NCBI GenBank assembly: GCA_040954595.2
Contig: CM082597.2
Span: 2,248,835-2,312,834, forward strand
DNA from: Balanoglossus misakiensis
Lineage: Eukaryota; Animalia; Hemichordata
Length of the DNA: 64,000 nucleotides
Direction: 5' to 3'
The translations under genes and the position numbers were made by a program. A model generated the notes under the pieces. It searched no databases, was not told where the DNA came from, and saw only the letters and a list, made by a program, of their open reading frames with translations. Shown here piece after piece: positions 1 through 15,129 of the stretch; positions within the stretch are counted from its first letter, which is position 1; every line of letters begins with the position of its first letter.

Positions 1-480
1 CTTGATTTACCATATACCAGTAAATCATAATTAATCGAGCAAACGAACGGAACCTGCGCGACTGGGGGCAGACAGTAAATCGATGGTTGTCCGGTTTCTC
101 GCAAAATGCCCTCAAAAAAATCTAACAGCGCGTACCAACCGTAACATCACTTGAGGGCAAAAATTCACTCTGGCAACGGGACGTGATGTAAATTTGAATG
201 CAGTGAAGAACGCAAAGACAAAATAAACAAATGCATGCGTGGTTCGTCGCCTCAAGGGGTTCTTTCTATCTGGTTCACGCGAACGAAAAAAAAATAAAAC
301 AGAAAAAAATCTCATAAAATGGTAGCAAACGTTTGATTGGGAGTTTTTCGTTACTTGGAAATAGTGGGTTGGTCAAAACTTAAGATAGCCGTGTTGTAGG
401 CCTAATTCCTGTAGACTAGATCGTGTAAAGCCCACCATTTGAGTTATTCATATGCAAGCTATTGTCGCAGAACGCCTTAC

Positions 481-900
481 CTAACAGATCTTGCATTTTG
501 CCACATCGTGAGGACACTGGCCGGCGATACATCTGAACCGCTTCTTCCAGATCCTCTGGAGTTTTCCGGAGGAGAAACAACTTCGGCATTGTTCGACGGA
601 GAATCTCGGATCCCTCGCGTTAAATAAAAAAAGTTCGTGATGAGGCCACACGCTAAACTACGGTACCGGTACCGGTGGGGCACCCGAAGCGTCCACCATG
701 AATTTGGGGGTCGGTCACTCGACAATTTGGTGCGTCTGGGGCGATCAAAGAATATCTTGGCAGACGATGTCCTGACGTGTTTTGCTCGGAATTTGTTGAC
801 GCTTGAGGGGATTGGAACCCAGCTAAGTGGAAACTGGCCCACAGCCGACGATCTCTGGAGGTACGCGTTGAAACTTCTACACAAAATGAAACGGTAAAAC
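481..900 (-). other. Candidate first exon of an unidentified minus-strand gene running off the left edge
   Basis: Donor TAG|GTAAGG at 480, with candidate ATGs at 506 (MWQNARSV) or 496 (MQDLL) in CpG-rich sequence. A second possible ATG-plus-donor exon (MIYWYM|gtaaat) lies at 11-28. Confidence 0.3.
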
Positions 901-2611
901 GCTAATGCATCTATGCGTGAAAAATCGTTCGCTCCAACATGCGTCCGAATGAATGAAAGCGGGTTGGGCTCACTTTATTATTCCATAGGGGTGTCTCCCT
1001 CCGTAGAAGAGGTGGTCCAGTGCGAATACTGCTGAATTTACTTGGACTAGTGAACCCTGAACTCACCAATTTTGTCTAATCTCATCACAAGAAGGCTTAT
1101 TAAAAGAAATTTCACGAAATTCGTTTAATATATAACTTTTTTCCACTCGATTTTGACGTAAATTGGCCCAAGTTCTTCACCTATAAAGTGCTTTCACACG
1201 TCCCATATACGACAAACAGTCCCCGTTTTACCGGATGTGTTAAAAGGTCTGCTCATGCGCAATGAGTGGATTTAGTCGGACTGCCCCAAAGGGCTTCGCT
1301 GCCTGATTGTCCTCGGGACACCTGGAGACGGTCCAGGACACGGGACGAACTCCAAAAGCGTGCACAAACATGAACAACTTCATAAAAAGGATAAATATCT
1401 CCGAAGGTCGCAAAAACCAATCGTCCGATGGCTTTGTGCATCTGACGCGAAACGGTTCATCTTCGTACGAGGCCAGAGGCACAGAAGGCAGGCACAAAAG
1501 CCAACCGATTCACACCTTTTACATTAACACTTCGACTGTGTATGCATCCAAGTTTTAATACCCTACGAAATTCATTTACACTGAATTTTAAATACAGACC
1601 AATCAAAATTCCCCTTTGTCACGATAAACTCCAACTAAAGCATTGAATTCTCCAAAAACCACGTTTCTTAGAAACTTAGATTTTAGTCCTCATACTTCGA
1701 ACAGTTTCGTTCTCATCGCGTCAGCACTTTTAATAAGTACATTTGAAATTTTTGTTCCACGTTTCAAAGGGATATTTCTATTTCAACAAACGTGAAATTC
1801 GTCACATTACTTCATGCTGGTGTTACAGTCAACGCGCTAACTGACCCCGTGACCGTTACGTCATCAGCGATCATTTGGGTTGCAACAGTTATTTTCTGAA
1901 ACGGGAGCAAAAAAACTGTTCGAGATCAACCCCCGCCGTGAACCATCGAAGAAGTTTGCGTTACTTCTCATCAACGCTTGTTGCACCAAAAATTCCTTAT
2001 GCCCAACCTCTCAAAGTGCAATACTCCATTTACAATTGTAGTTGTCCCAAAAGTGCAGTTTTTGGGGAGATTTGCGATTCGTTTGAACACTGTCACGTGA
2101 TAGTTGAGCCGCCAGGACGCGCGAGGCTGCCTGTTGGCTTTGAAATGGCCAGAATAAATCTTTTGGATACGGAAGCTTCATCGAAAAATGCAAATGTCTT
2201 TCTTCTAGCAACGAACGATAAAAAAGGACGATTTTTGTGTCAGCCTCACCCCAGAGCTTTTACGGGTCGGGGACAAAAAGGTGCGACAGTCACAGTTCAG
2301 TGTCACGGGCCACTGGCCCTCTTCAATTTGATGGAGGGGGGACTTTGAACATTCACAATCACACGACAGTGAAACCCTTGAATCTTCAATAAAAAAGATG
2401 ACCTGGTCATATTATGATAATTGTCTTGTAGGCGACAATGTCCAGTGTCATGTCTCTGGCAAATCATCGCTGTTTGCATGATGTGCGGAGATACTTACAA
2501 AGCAGTGATGTTTGCATTTTATGTTCGGTATTCATTTCTCAGCAATGGGTAACACCCGGTTGATAATTTTAATCGATTAACAAACATTGGTTTAGGATTA
2601 TCAAGGCATTA

Positions 2612-2652
2612 TGTTAACCATAGACCTGGAGCTCCAGGGTCTATGTGTTAAC
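2612..2652. mobile_element. 27-bp palindromic transposon remnant with a 7-bp target-site duplication (P-superfamily-like)
   Basis: TGTTAAC-[CATAGACCTGGAGCTCCAGGGTCTATG]-TGTTAAC. A shorter related palindrome lies at 2706-2724. Confidence 0.55.
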
Positions 2653-5284
2653 CTACAAAAGCAAAGTGGCCAGGGGAGTGAGAGAGAGGGGGAGAGGGGG
2701 ATAGGCATAGACCCCAGGGTCTATTACATGCATGGGCAATGAATCAGAATTATCATTAGATAAATCGATAAATACACTGTGATGAGCGTGGAAGCATTTC
2801 GTGGTCTTTTGCATCGAATATTGTGGACACGCATCAAACAAGAATGCTAGCCAATACAATACGCACAAAAATCATAAAGATTTGGGTATGAAAAAAACTC
2901 TATTGTTTTCCGACAACAAACACAACACGTTTACGCAACCCTATAAAACAACATGACAGCACGACAGGCAAACGGATAAGGAAGCCATATATAGATATAA
3001 CACAAGGGTCTGCGACACAATAGCGATTATAATACACCGGAGTTTTGCTTGGTTTCCTATGACGAAAGTGCGAGATATATTACTCGTCCCACTGAAAGGG
3101 GTTTGTGTTTATCTTGGTTTGTTGTCGATCGCGACGGATCGTTGAGAGAGAGGGGGGTTCTTGAACTCTTGGACAACTATACCTTGTTTTGTTATTGTCG
3201 GGAGTGAGCCCTTACACGACAAAAGGACACGTGAAAATGTTGTCCAATTAGCGCCGAACACTCAGGGCTTTATGAGGCTACCCCTCCCCCTGAATGGCGG
3301 GGCCGAACACCCGGCATTCCTTCGCGGGAGCTAAGAAACGACAGAACAAGGTGTCTCCGAAAGCGCGTCTTCAGTCACGTACCGATGGTATTCCTAATTC
3401 CGAAAAAATGGAATATATACGTTTAATAATAAAAGTCTTTCTATAAAGTGCATATTTTCTCAGATTAGAGCTTCTGATCATAGACTCTCGAGAAACCCAA
3501 AATTCTATGAGCTGACCACGTGACCTGACCTTTAGATTTTGATGGTTGCAATGATAAACATTAACGTCATGTTGACAAGGCGTTCTTTGTGTTCACGTAT
3601 TATAAAGAAGTGTAAATTGCTATCTATTCGCACTATGCCTTGTTTGCCCATTAGAACGGGAAGTATAACAGACATGTTTGGCTGCTCTGGTTTTGTTTTG
3701 CTTTATTTTGTTTTGTTTCAAATATATTCAGTTGTTCAAATGTCTTTCCATGGCACAGTTTTGACAACAGTAACAATACTTTTACAGGTGCGTACAGGTT
3801 CTAATAATGAAACCAACAACGCCATACATCAACATAAGCGGTTAACGAATTATACAAAATGACTCGCCAAACTCGCTATTTTACATGCTATACGGGAAGG
3901 CGAGAAGTCAAAACATATTTTGACCCAGCCATGGTTATTTCCGAAGCTACCGTATGGCCGCGGCGAGTCGGTAAACGGGCTCGGAAAATCACCAGGCAGT
4001 GGACGGGCCGATACCCCCGCGACGTGCGTGAGTCACCTCGAAGTCCCGAGCATACGGTCAACAAGTAGCACTTGTTTGCGTCATTCCCTTTTGATGACGC
4101 GTCCATTCGCCGCGTTAAAAAACAGCGCTTGGCGCGGACCTTACTGTGTCATTGTCGCCGTGTTTTTACGCCCATGAGAAAACTTGAACTTCTACCGTTG
4201 CAGCGGAAGACAAAAAAGGAAAGGAAAAAAGTACTTGCGAAATCCGCATAGCAACGGTCGGTGGACGTCTCACAGAAGGTTTAATAACTGTTACAGTAAA
4301 TGCAACATGACCTTGCCTGTTGGTGTGTTCCGATTGACAACAGACATACGAACAGTTTCCAGTTAATAAAGTCAGAAATTTAACGAAAATGTCACATTTT
4401 TGACTTTCTCGTTGCAACAGGTCTGTGTTTATCTTAGTTGCCTTGTATCGGGGACAGCGCGCACATTTTGACAAGAAGACGCGCAGTTGTCACAGTCCAG
4501 TGCGCGCTGTAGTCAAGACAACAACGCTATACGGTGCTCTGGTTGACTGCGTGTTGAATAAACGTACGTGACAGTTTTTCTAAATGCAGAACTTTTAACA
4601 AATTATGCACTTTTTTGAAGTTGAACTTTACTTTATATTTTGACCGATCGAGGTTAGATTAAGCTCTGACAAGGATAGGGGGCGTTCAATATCATCACGC
4701 CCCAACTCTCTGTATTTTGGGGATTTTGTTAAACTCGCAGTCAGGCAGGTAGGTCAAACGGCAAATCGTTATTATCTAGAGCAACACCCACTGACAATCG
4801 ATAAGACCTGGAATTCAGTCCAAAACACTGGACGTGGGATGACGGTGGGCCAACTACTGTGAGAAAGAAAAGCGGAAGGCCGTTTGCGTGGGATTAGAAA
4901 GTTAATTAATCCCTCCCAATATTGTGTCCCCTTTTCCCACCAAACAAGAAAAACAAGACAAAAGGATAAACAACAACCTTGACGAGGATCGCACACCAAC
5001 GCAAACAATGCCACCGTGTTGTGGTCTCCGCGATTTTTATTGTCGCCAAATTTGAAAAGAAAACAAAATAATTTTTCCAACAGGTGTAGCTTACATGTGC
5101 AAACTTGTCCCGAGGAGAGAATGGAGCTAGGTCACCCCAAAATTGACTTTCATGTCATTGAAGGATTAAGTTCGATTCTTTCTCCTTTTTATAAACGGCG
5201 TATCTTTTAATTAAATCGCATCAATTAGAAAGTGCATGTTTCCTCGTCTCCATAGTAACCACGCGTAATCTGTTGGCTGAGAAT

Positions 5285-5315
<31 letters not shown>

Positions 5316-5332
5316 CTCTATCTATCTATCTC

Positions 5333-5399
<67 letters not shown>

Positions 5400-5404
5400 C
5401 TCTG

Positions 5405-5444
<40 letters not shown>

Positions 5445-5492
5445 GAAATCTAGAAATCTAGAAATCTAGAAATCTAGAAATCTATCTAGAAA
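5285..5492. repeat. (TCTA)n microsatellite running into (TCTAGAAA)n
   Basis: Directly visible: TCTA units at 5285-5444, then 8-mer units at 5441-5492. Confidence 0.97.
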
Positions 5493-8400
5493 TGTTTACT
5501 TCTGCGCCCAGTATTTGACCGACCATCTCAAATCAGAAAACCGTTAAAAACAGCCGCATCAAACAGAGTCTCCCGGGGACAATTGTCGTTTTTGCAGCGG
5601 ATTAACGCTAGGTTCGTCTCCACGGCAACCACGTCGCCCAGAACACACGCTCACGTCTATACACTGAGCTTTGGGATGTGGTCATTCGGCGCATGTCTTG
5701 TTGCACGTCGCCTGGACGTTCTCTCGGTGGCTGACGCACTCACACAAGCCGGGTTGTTGTTCAAACACACCACAGTATATAAAACCTAACGACTACCAAA
5801 ACCAAATTAGCAATAAAAACTCAAAAGTGTCAACGACACCGGATGGCGTAGGAAAAGTCACTACACACCCAAACCAAATAATCTGCCATCGTTGCGAAAT
5901 GTTTAAAAAAACATCAAACGATCATAAAATATGACGCAAACCACTTAAACTTTTAGAGCAAGGGACGCCACAAACAGCGGGTTCTCTATTGGAGTTTTGA
6001 GTTTTCTCACGTCAGTCGCTTCCCCTCATTTTTTATTTCTTTTCCGTGCGAGCAAACAGTTTTGACGAAGGGATGTTAGGAGCAGCTCTTTAGATGAGAG
6101 GTAATAAAAGAGAGAAAGTCTGGAACGGAAAAGGGAAAAGATTGAATTCAGATTCCCCGAGCCACAACTTGAACTAAAAGAAAGAAACCTGATGCATGTC
6201 TCTCACTGGAAAGAAAAGTTTTCAAAAAAAGAGCGAGTCTCGCTTCCCACGATAGACGCGGGGTCCCAGCGGAATAACCGGCACTATATATTGAACCACA
6301 ATAATGACTGCAGTCCGATGGGAGTGGGGATCGGTAATTTTCCCATTCACCGACTGACTTATATTGTTCCCGGTATGTGCTGAGGCAAATTGCTAGCGTA
6401 TAGAGCAGCTACCCTCAGCCAGCCATCTCCCTTTCGAGGTTCTTTCAAAGCAATCTGCTGATTTAGGCTTGACTTTTGACTTTGTGTTGACAGAGCTATA
6501 CACACCGTCTCCCCTAACACAGTTCGGACATTCTTTCCGGCGTCCGGCGCGTTCGACGCGCTGTTGAACACCTGGCGTAAGAACGCGCTGAACGCGTGGA
6601 ATCCCTGTTCCCCCGACCGCACCGTGCAGTTTTAGTTTCATAGCAAGCATGTAAACATTTAGACTTTATCAGAAAAAGTTCACCACAACTAGACACACCA
6701 GGAGGAAAGCATAGGAATGTAGTTCGTGAGTCGGGTAACGATTTGGATTTTTTTCAGCATTTCCCCTATGGGTCATTCAAGAATTAAAACAGAAAAAAAA
6801 TTAAGACAAAGAAAATGGAATTCCTCCGAGCGGAGAAAAAAGTGCTAAAGAACCCCCCACGACTAAAACACTCGCACACAGAATGTGTTTTTGTCTTCTT
6901 GTTGTATAGCTGCTGTTTTCGTTTACAGGGCAGACACAAGAGGGAGGCTGAACAGAGAAACCAACAGAGTGAAAAAAAATTGTGAGATTTTCCGACGAAA
7001 GGCGAGCCAAAGTAGCGCTGTGGATTAACCCCTGACTGACCTCAGCATTATCTGAAATTGGGGCTTTTACACAATGGTGCGCGGATTGCATGCATATATC
7101 CAATGCTTGCATTCAACGGTTATTTTTTTCGACGTCTGGCCTACCTGAAATCCCCTCCGGGCTTCGAGAGATCTGAATAACGGTAATGGCCGGTTTGGAC
7201 TTCGGCTGACTTTCGAGAGATTGAAAGAGGCAAAAGCGAAAAAGATGTTTAAAAAAGAAAGTACAGGCCCGTGGCCTCAAGAATCTCCCGCAGTAAACAG
7301 CTAAACTGCTAAGCACCTATTTTGCAAAGTGACTTCAACAGAGAAATGAACTGATTGTTTCTTAAAAGCGCAGGCCTCGGGAATGTGGTGGATTTTTGTC
7401 GTAATCCGATGGCAAATCTCCCCCATATATTTCTCCTGTAGACAAATTATTTGTTTGTTTGAGGTAATCCGTTGTAATACAGCAAGTAGGCAGCGTAGAA
7501 TGGAGATTACACACGTGAAAATATTGTTGAGTATCTCCCCCGCAGTCTACAGAGCTTTTTAAGACTTTGTCATTGTGTGTATCCACAAAGGTGCACCACA
7601 AAGAGAATTACCAACGGACAAACGTTACTGCTGAAAAGGCAACCGATTGGAGACACAGACAGACAGAGAAACAGTCTAATACCTGGGGAAGGGCCAAATA
7701 GAGATCGAGGCAGGCAGGCAGGCAGGCAAACACAGACAGATAGGCAGACACTGAGATTGGCATACAAACAGTGGTCCAAAATGACAACATAGATGTTCGC
7801 TATACACAGCGTATAGTATAGCTAACATCTGTATGTAACTGTGGTGACAACAAACCAGTGTAATTGTAAACAATAAATTACTTGGTACAGTCACAGATGG
7901 AGAGAGGCTCACAGTCGGACTGACACAGGGAGATACAAATACGACCAGAAACATAAGTGTGGGTCGTTGTAGGTACACATGGGTTGTGCTTTGATACATT
8001 GCAAAGCAAAGACAGACATGCATGCAGATGTGAACAGGTTCTGGCGAGATTACAATGTTTGTGGATCTGGGAAAAACATCATAGACAGTGCCTTGAGAAA
8101 GTATGGACCCATCTGCCTGTCGGTATACGGACATCCGTATAGGCAGGGGACGAGGAAGAAGACCCCCAGGAAAGTTGCCCAATTAATATACAGAACGTGT
8201 GGTGTCAGGCAGATTTCTTGATTGAAGCGGACAATCGATCTCAATGTTATGTACTTAATTGCTGCAACCGCACGTTTCTCTAAGATTACTCCTGGGTTTA
8301 CGCAATTTCATGCGCGCCTATAGCTGACGCGCTGAGCGCTTTCAGACGCCCGCCAATCCACCACCAGCGCGTAGCAGTCAATTAAAGATATTACAAGAGC

Positions 8401-11400
8401 GATCTTGTTGATCGCTTGTTGTGAGTTTTATTGACTGCCGACGATTCTCGATTAACTGAAGGAAGCCTTTCACTGATCCAAGGATGGTGTTCCTTTTTTG
8501 TGTGCAGCGCGACTGAGCTCCAATTGTCTGTTGACAACAATGACACCTGTTAGACTATTCAGGTGGCTGTGGTGTTTCAAGGCTTCTCGGGGGGTAAGGA
8601 ACACGGGGCGACGTTCTCTTCGCGGGCGGGGAAGATGCTGCCGTCGCCGGCGAGCCCAGCGAGGAAAAGACGTACCGATCCCGAGATTTTTCGCCGTAGT
8701 TCGGTGAAGTGGTAAACTACGCGCGTGAAACATCTTCCGCGACCACTTTCCGATTTCTTTCTTTACTCCAGAGCAAGGAAAACGACACATACGTTAAATT
8801 GCTCTGATTAAAAGAAAGTCTTGAACAACTGCCCGTTTTGACAAAACGCCTTCTCTCGTTTCATTATTCCAACTTCTGTCTTCAACCGTGAGTTTGCATA
8901 TACATTTGCCGACTCGGGGAAGAGGGCACTTACAGACATAAGCGCGAAAAAAGAAATAAACGACAGCCTGGTGAAACTAAAGCTTTAAGAGAGTGGGTGT
9001 TTGTTTGTATTCCGTAGAGTTAACTTTCTCTTCGCCTAGTTACCCAAGCGTGCCGTTCTTTTTCAATATAAAGTCAAGTTTTCACTCCCCCGCCAACCCT
9101 ACACTATTTGATAATAGCCAGGATTGTAACCACGGTTAGCCAGGCGTGCGCTGCGTGGACAAGTCCTGGTCCAGAATTGAACTGGGCTATAGCAGATACC
9201 CCACAATCAACCACAATACAATTAAAGTTATTATGAAACAGAAATTACCTTGTTGACTTAGAGTGAACAGAAACGCGCATTGCATATACAAAACAAGTGT
9301 AAGGAATTCCAAATGTCTGGTGGGTTTCTCATTCAGATTGGCGACGAAGGACAGAACCGAGAATGGAATGAAACGGGACGAGAAAGTTTAATTGATGCAT
9401 TGATATAACTGAAACAGCCAGCATTGTGGTCGTATAAAAAAACCTCCACATCACAGAACACACACCAGACTAATGGGTGGAAAAGACATTGAATTTTCTG
9501 CCAATTTCTTCCAGGTTAATGTATGTAAATAAGACAGGAACGCGTACGTACATGCACTCTTCTGTTTTGAGGTAAGGTATTGGAAACAACATGATACAAC
9601 ACGAGAATTGTCCACAAAAAGTTCTTCTAGCTTTACAGGGAATTCAGGCTTGTGTATGCGTGAGAGAGACTACTAGTATATTGAGAGACAGTGAAACAGA
9701 CAGAGAGACACACACACAGACAGACACACATACAGAAAATCATAAAGTAGGCAGATATAAAACTTTTCAATATGTAATATCTAAATTAAAGTTCTGCTTC
9801 GTTTAACAGTATGGCCAAACATCGGTTTATAGCGTTTTAAGGCGTAAAGTGTTGTTTTTGTTAGCCTTTTGAATGCTGTCACGCGCAGATAATATTCGAT
9901 TCGCTCAGCCCACTCTACTCCACCCCGCATTCAACACAACCCACTCTCGATCACCGCAATATGCGAGGCCAAGAAGCGAGACCGTTCGCATCAGTGGGCA
10001 TCTCCCGGCGCTTCTCTCCATACACGTACGCTCGCTTTTGTGGCCACAAGTGGACCGGTCGTAAAACGACAACTCGCCTATTATACAAGATTCTCTTTTT
10101 TTTTGAATGCGCTCGCGCACTTTCCTGAACTCTCAAAAGTACTGCAACAATCTGCCCTTCACACTCAATTAATCGTCCGAGAGGCGCGCACACAGCGCTC
10201 GATCAACACACGCACATTGAACGTGGTACATTTGGCAAAATTAATCAAATGAAGACAACGGTGATTAGGGCGATTGAGAGCACTTGACCAACTGAAAAGT
10301 GTGTTTAATAGACCACGGAATCTCTTCGTACTCGTATCAATCACACTTACGAGGCGATCTGTCGCGACTTGTAGTATCTGTCAGTTCGCTGTCTTGCTGT
10401 TCATCACAAAAATCAATCCGGATTGACGCGTAGCGACTACGCATCAATAACTGCGAGGCACGATGATGAAATACGCGCGTTGTCATTTTTGATGAACGAT
10501 ACAAAATACATTTCTGATGATTTGTGGGGGGGGGAGTTCAGGCAAACGTAGACTCGAAGTTTGTTGGCAGTTTTGCCTCGCGTTAACTAATACAAGGTTC
10601 CCTGCTGCAAGGTTGGCAGCGTACAGAATGATGTCAAAAAAACCCAAACGATTTCATAGGAATTTTCTAATCCCTCAACCGAACTATAACCGCCCGCTTT
10701 GTTGAATATTTCGCCTCTCTTTTGATTTCACATTCATTCCCAATCACTCACCGAATTGAGGTTTTCTTCGTGAGCTGCAGATATTTTTTTCGCTTCTGCT
10801 TCGGGTTAGCTCGGTGAAGTAGTTGCGCACCACGGGTGCTGTCTTGATCAAGGTCTGACTTCGGTACATTTGACCCTCCTTTGATATTTCTCGTCAGGGA
10901 AAGTTCGCCCTCCACCCGAGCCTACCTGGGTACAGCGTCCCCTATCGGTAGCAATGAGAGAAACACAAAAGATCAACACACGCAATACTGCACAATCTCG
11001 CAAAAAAGACATGATTTCAACAAAAGGGCGAATTCAGGGCGAAAAAATCGAATTTTCTTGTCCAGGATTAAAATATTTCAGCACAAGACCTGGAATAGTA
11101 CAGGACACTGTCAAAGCATCTCGACTCAGACCGCAGCGTCACGGGGCTCGTGTCAAGCACAAAGACAGAGTGTGTCTCTCAACCAACAGACACCACGCTA
11201 TGCGTGCCTATCGACAGAAGTCATGCCAATGTTGTCTTAGGACACCACGTCCGATGACCTCTCTATTTGCTCTCGATTAGGTCATAAGCTATCACTTTGC
11301 ACCAGAAGAACAAACAACATCGCGGTTTTGTTTACTCCAATTATGCAATTTCACGGCACACGCGCTGCAGCAGTTTCGTTTGAATCCCCTTAGTCTTTTA

Positions 11401-14400
11401 ATAAAGTTGCATCATTTCACTTTTTCACGATTTTGGCCAACGACTAATTGCCTCGGATGATGGACGGTTTTAAAATGTAGGTACCCAGTACGACCCTATA
11501 CACCGCGCTGATAGCCTGACCTGTTCCAACAATCTCAGTTTTGTAAATCCTGAGCGATCAGATTTCAGATGCATTTAGGATTCTCCGATGGCACACCGTT
11601 TGACCGGGCTGTTATCACGGAACACACGTAAGGAACCACTTGTTGTATTGGAGTCAATCGACTCGCTTCATTAACGCTCTGTCACGATGCTACATTTATT
11701 AGGGGATAAAGTCCTTTGATTTTTCGACTCTTTTTGTGAGCAGACGACAGGTACAGGCGTGTAGTGCCACCGAGGAGCAAGTTTGCCATAACTCGATTTA
11801 ACGATGTATTGGACTCAATGAAATACAAGAACAACGCTCGCTTTTATCTTGAGATACGCCTCGTTTAAACTTTTGGAGTTTAAACCACACAAAATTTCAC
11901 TGAGAAAAGATTTACTATTCTAAAAATTAGACAGAAAATTACATTTGACAGAAAATTACATTAACCAAGATCAGTACTTTTAACCATACAACCCGTGTCA
12001 GTAAGTAACCGCACATGCAAAAGGGCACCCATACAAAGTTCTGAGGACCAAACTTTAAATGCTCATAAAATGTTATGAAGCTATGGACTTCATACTCTGT
12101 GGAACAGGGGGTGGGATGGCGTGGGCCGCTTTGTCAACGCTTGTTTCTTGTCTGTCGCTTCCTTTATCAAATCAACAGGTGCGTCAATGTTGTAACCCAT
12201 GAAAGAAGACCCCCGGAGCGTTGTGCGCGTTTGGAACCTCGCCAGCGGTCGCGTCCAATGCGCGAGTAGAATCTTTATGAGCACCAACTCACACAAGCGG
12301 ACCATGTCCGGAGTCGTATAAATATTTGAACGTCTGCTGACGTCTTCGCTGACAGCAATTCGAAATACTGGCCAACGGTTTGGTGGGCGACCTCAACAGT
12401 TACCCGATGAATTCCTTTCGTTCTTATTGACATGAAATTTTTTTCAACAACAACGTAATAATCGGACGCCCTCTAGAGTACGGTATACCGGCACGTCGAA
12501 TCATCGCAGGAAACTGCCGTGAGAAAATTTGTAAATTTGCAATTAACATCATAAAAATATTATGTCGTTGATAATACAATCACGGAACGCATTAAATTTG
12601 AAGGATTTACGGATTGTCAAATCAAAGCCCGATTTGACGGGTGATTTATGTGTTTTTCGTGCTGCGGCATTTTTTATGTGAAAAGGGTTATAATCACTGA
12701 TATTCTAGAAGGAGGTAATTTCTAGAGTTAGGCACGTTCTGTCTGGGTTAATATTAAAGTAAATTTGTTCGTTTCTTTCGTTTGATGTCTGGTGACGATT
12801 GTCGTCCCGAGTCTTTCGCTCTTATGCCCCGGCCTGGTTTGTCGAATTCGCGTGTTTCGCTTCAAGTGGGTTTAATATGTATAAACAGTTATCTTGAAAT
12901 GTCAGAGAAACAGGAAAAAAAGGCTATGGGGATTTTTCCTAGAGAATGGCGGTCAATTTTTCATGTTAGACGGGGGTTGCCGTAGTAACAGTGCGCTTGA
13001 GTAGGAAATCATAGGCACAATGTGCGCTTGCTGCAGATGAGACCTAATTATAAGCAACTATATTGTTTTCAGACACGTGGCAACTAACAAAAACAGGAAT
13101 GTTCTCTACGACGTTGGTAGCGTTGATAACATCCATACAAAATATTTATACTGAAGCGATGGGGCAGACTGACACGGTTTTTTTTTACCATTTTCCGCCT
13201 TTCCAGGAATTCGGCTCAATTGGCGGAACGACACGTCGATCAACTGCCGTTCAGTGAATGCTGCTTTAATTGTAACCTGCGGTGTATTATGTGTGTAATT
13301 ACGCAAACGACAGAAAGTAGTCCGCCCCAGCCATTACATATGTCGAAAATTGTGTTTTCATGATAGCGTGGGAATTTAATCACTGTGTGCGTAATTGTCC
13401 CCAGTAACAGGGAGTGGTCTGTTCATCTCAGGCTGTTACTGAGCCAAATAGAAGAATCGCAATCGAAGATACAACTAGCATGTCGCGACTCATATATGTT
13501 TTTATTTAATCTTAATTCCGGTATTTGAAAGCAATAGACACATATACGCGAGAAATATCAATAATGAAAGACATCCCATTGCTTTCAATTACACGTACGG
13601 AGTATTTGGTTGATATTCATGTACATGTATATACATTATGATTATTCTGATTACTACGTGCTCGCTCTATCTTATCTCTATCTCTCTTTCTCTAATCTCC
13701 CCTCCCCCTCCCCCAGTCTCCTTCTCTCTCTTGCTCCACATCTTAATCTCTTCGTTGTATACACTGTGTTCGCTTATGTTCTTGAACTGATGTCTGGTAT
13801 AGCTTACACGACGCGAGTCGCCTGATGGAGCATAAATTGTAATACTCTCAAACAATTACTTGCACCCTGCTTCGGATCACCAGAGATTTATAGACTGATT
13901 TGCCTTGATCTAAAGCATGTCTGTGGATTAGGCTAGCAGGAAAGTAACGTCTCCCGTGATTGGTCGACATCGAGGAGAGACGCATTCGAGAGATTACAAG
14001 CAACTGCGAGATGCTCGGGGAATCGTTACCGCGTTTTATTTAGGCCTACTGTGTCTGCTGCTAATGATAAGATGAGCTCGGATCCCAACCAACTTGGCCA
14101 TTTATAGTGCAACGACCTTTCTGGATTGAATCGTTGCTGATGTTAACACATCCGTTTTTTTTTTCTGTCGCTATGAATGATGGGAGTAATATATTCCCCG
14201 GGAGCGGGTATTATTATGGATTACATTTGTGTAGAACAAATAGGGTTTGGATTATCGCATCGATCTCTGTACTTCTGTTCATATAACCCAACCAGCATCC
14301 GTGCGATTTAATGAGGCGCTCATCGCAGCGGCATAATTTCCCTACAAACCATTCTGCCAACGTGCAAACTTTCCTTTCATGGATAACACCAACAACAGAG

Positions 14401-15039
14401 GACAAGATTGATTATTTTTAAAATCGATTTTACACCTGTCTTTCGTGCTTTTCCAGCTGCCAACGTTGAATGACTTTTTTTACAATCAAGTCACTTGATT
14501 AAAATGACACCATGACGAGTAAATAGCTCCGAGGAATATTAAAATTGTCGAGACTGATATCTGAGAAGAAAATATAAACACACTGACTTACTGACTAAGA
14601 CTCGATAGCCAGCGTCATTTTAACAGAAATCACAGACGGTACTAATTTGAAAAAGGGAACTAAATTTAAGTCAAATTGCCATTATGTGTTAACGCATTCC
14701 ATAAAAAAGAAAATTACGCGAAAAAAAATCCAGCATAATCTATTTGGCTCACGTCATTACTTCTTTCAGACTCTTCCCAAATGCATTAGAAGCCTAGTCT
14801 GGTCCTCCAGGTAATCCCACACAGACAAATTGATTTTCACTGATATGTGTGTAGATGGCTTGATGAGTATACACGACTAATCCTGCCAGCTTGTAAACAT
14901 TACTGACGTACATAGATGCTTAAGGTTCACTTATACTATTCCCATTAACAAATTCCGAAGAATAATGAGATCAAATGTAAGGTAAACTACACTTTTGGTA
15001 GAGGCAGATTAAATTATAGTCTTGATTTGCGAGGTTTGG

Positions 15040-15129
<90 letters not shown>
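15040..15129. repeat. (CTAT)n microsatellite
   Basis: Directly visible. Confidence 0.97.

Noticed and set aside
5273-5461. ORF with SIYL repeats (similar cases at 15027, 30970 and 57126-57571)
   Set aside because: These are translations of microsatellites or low-complexity DNA.
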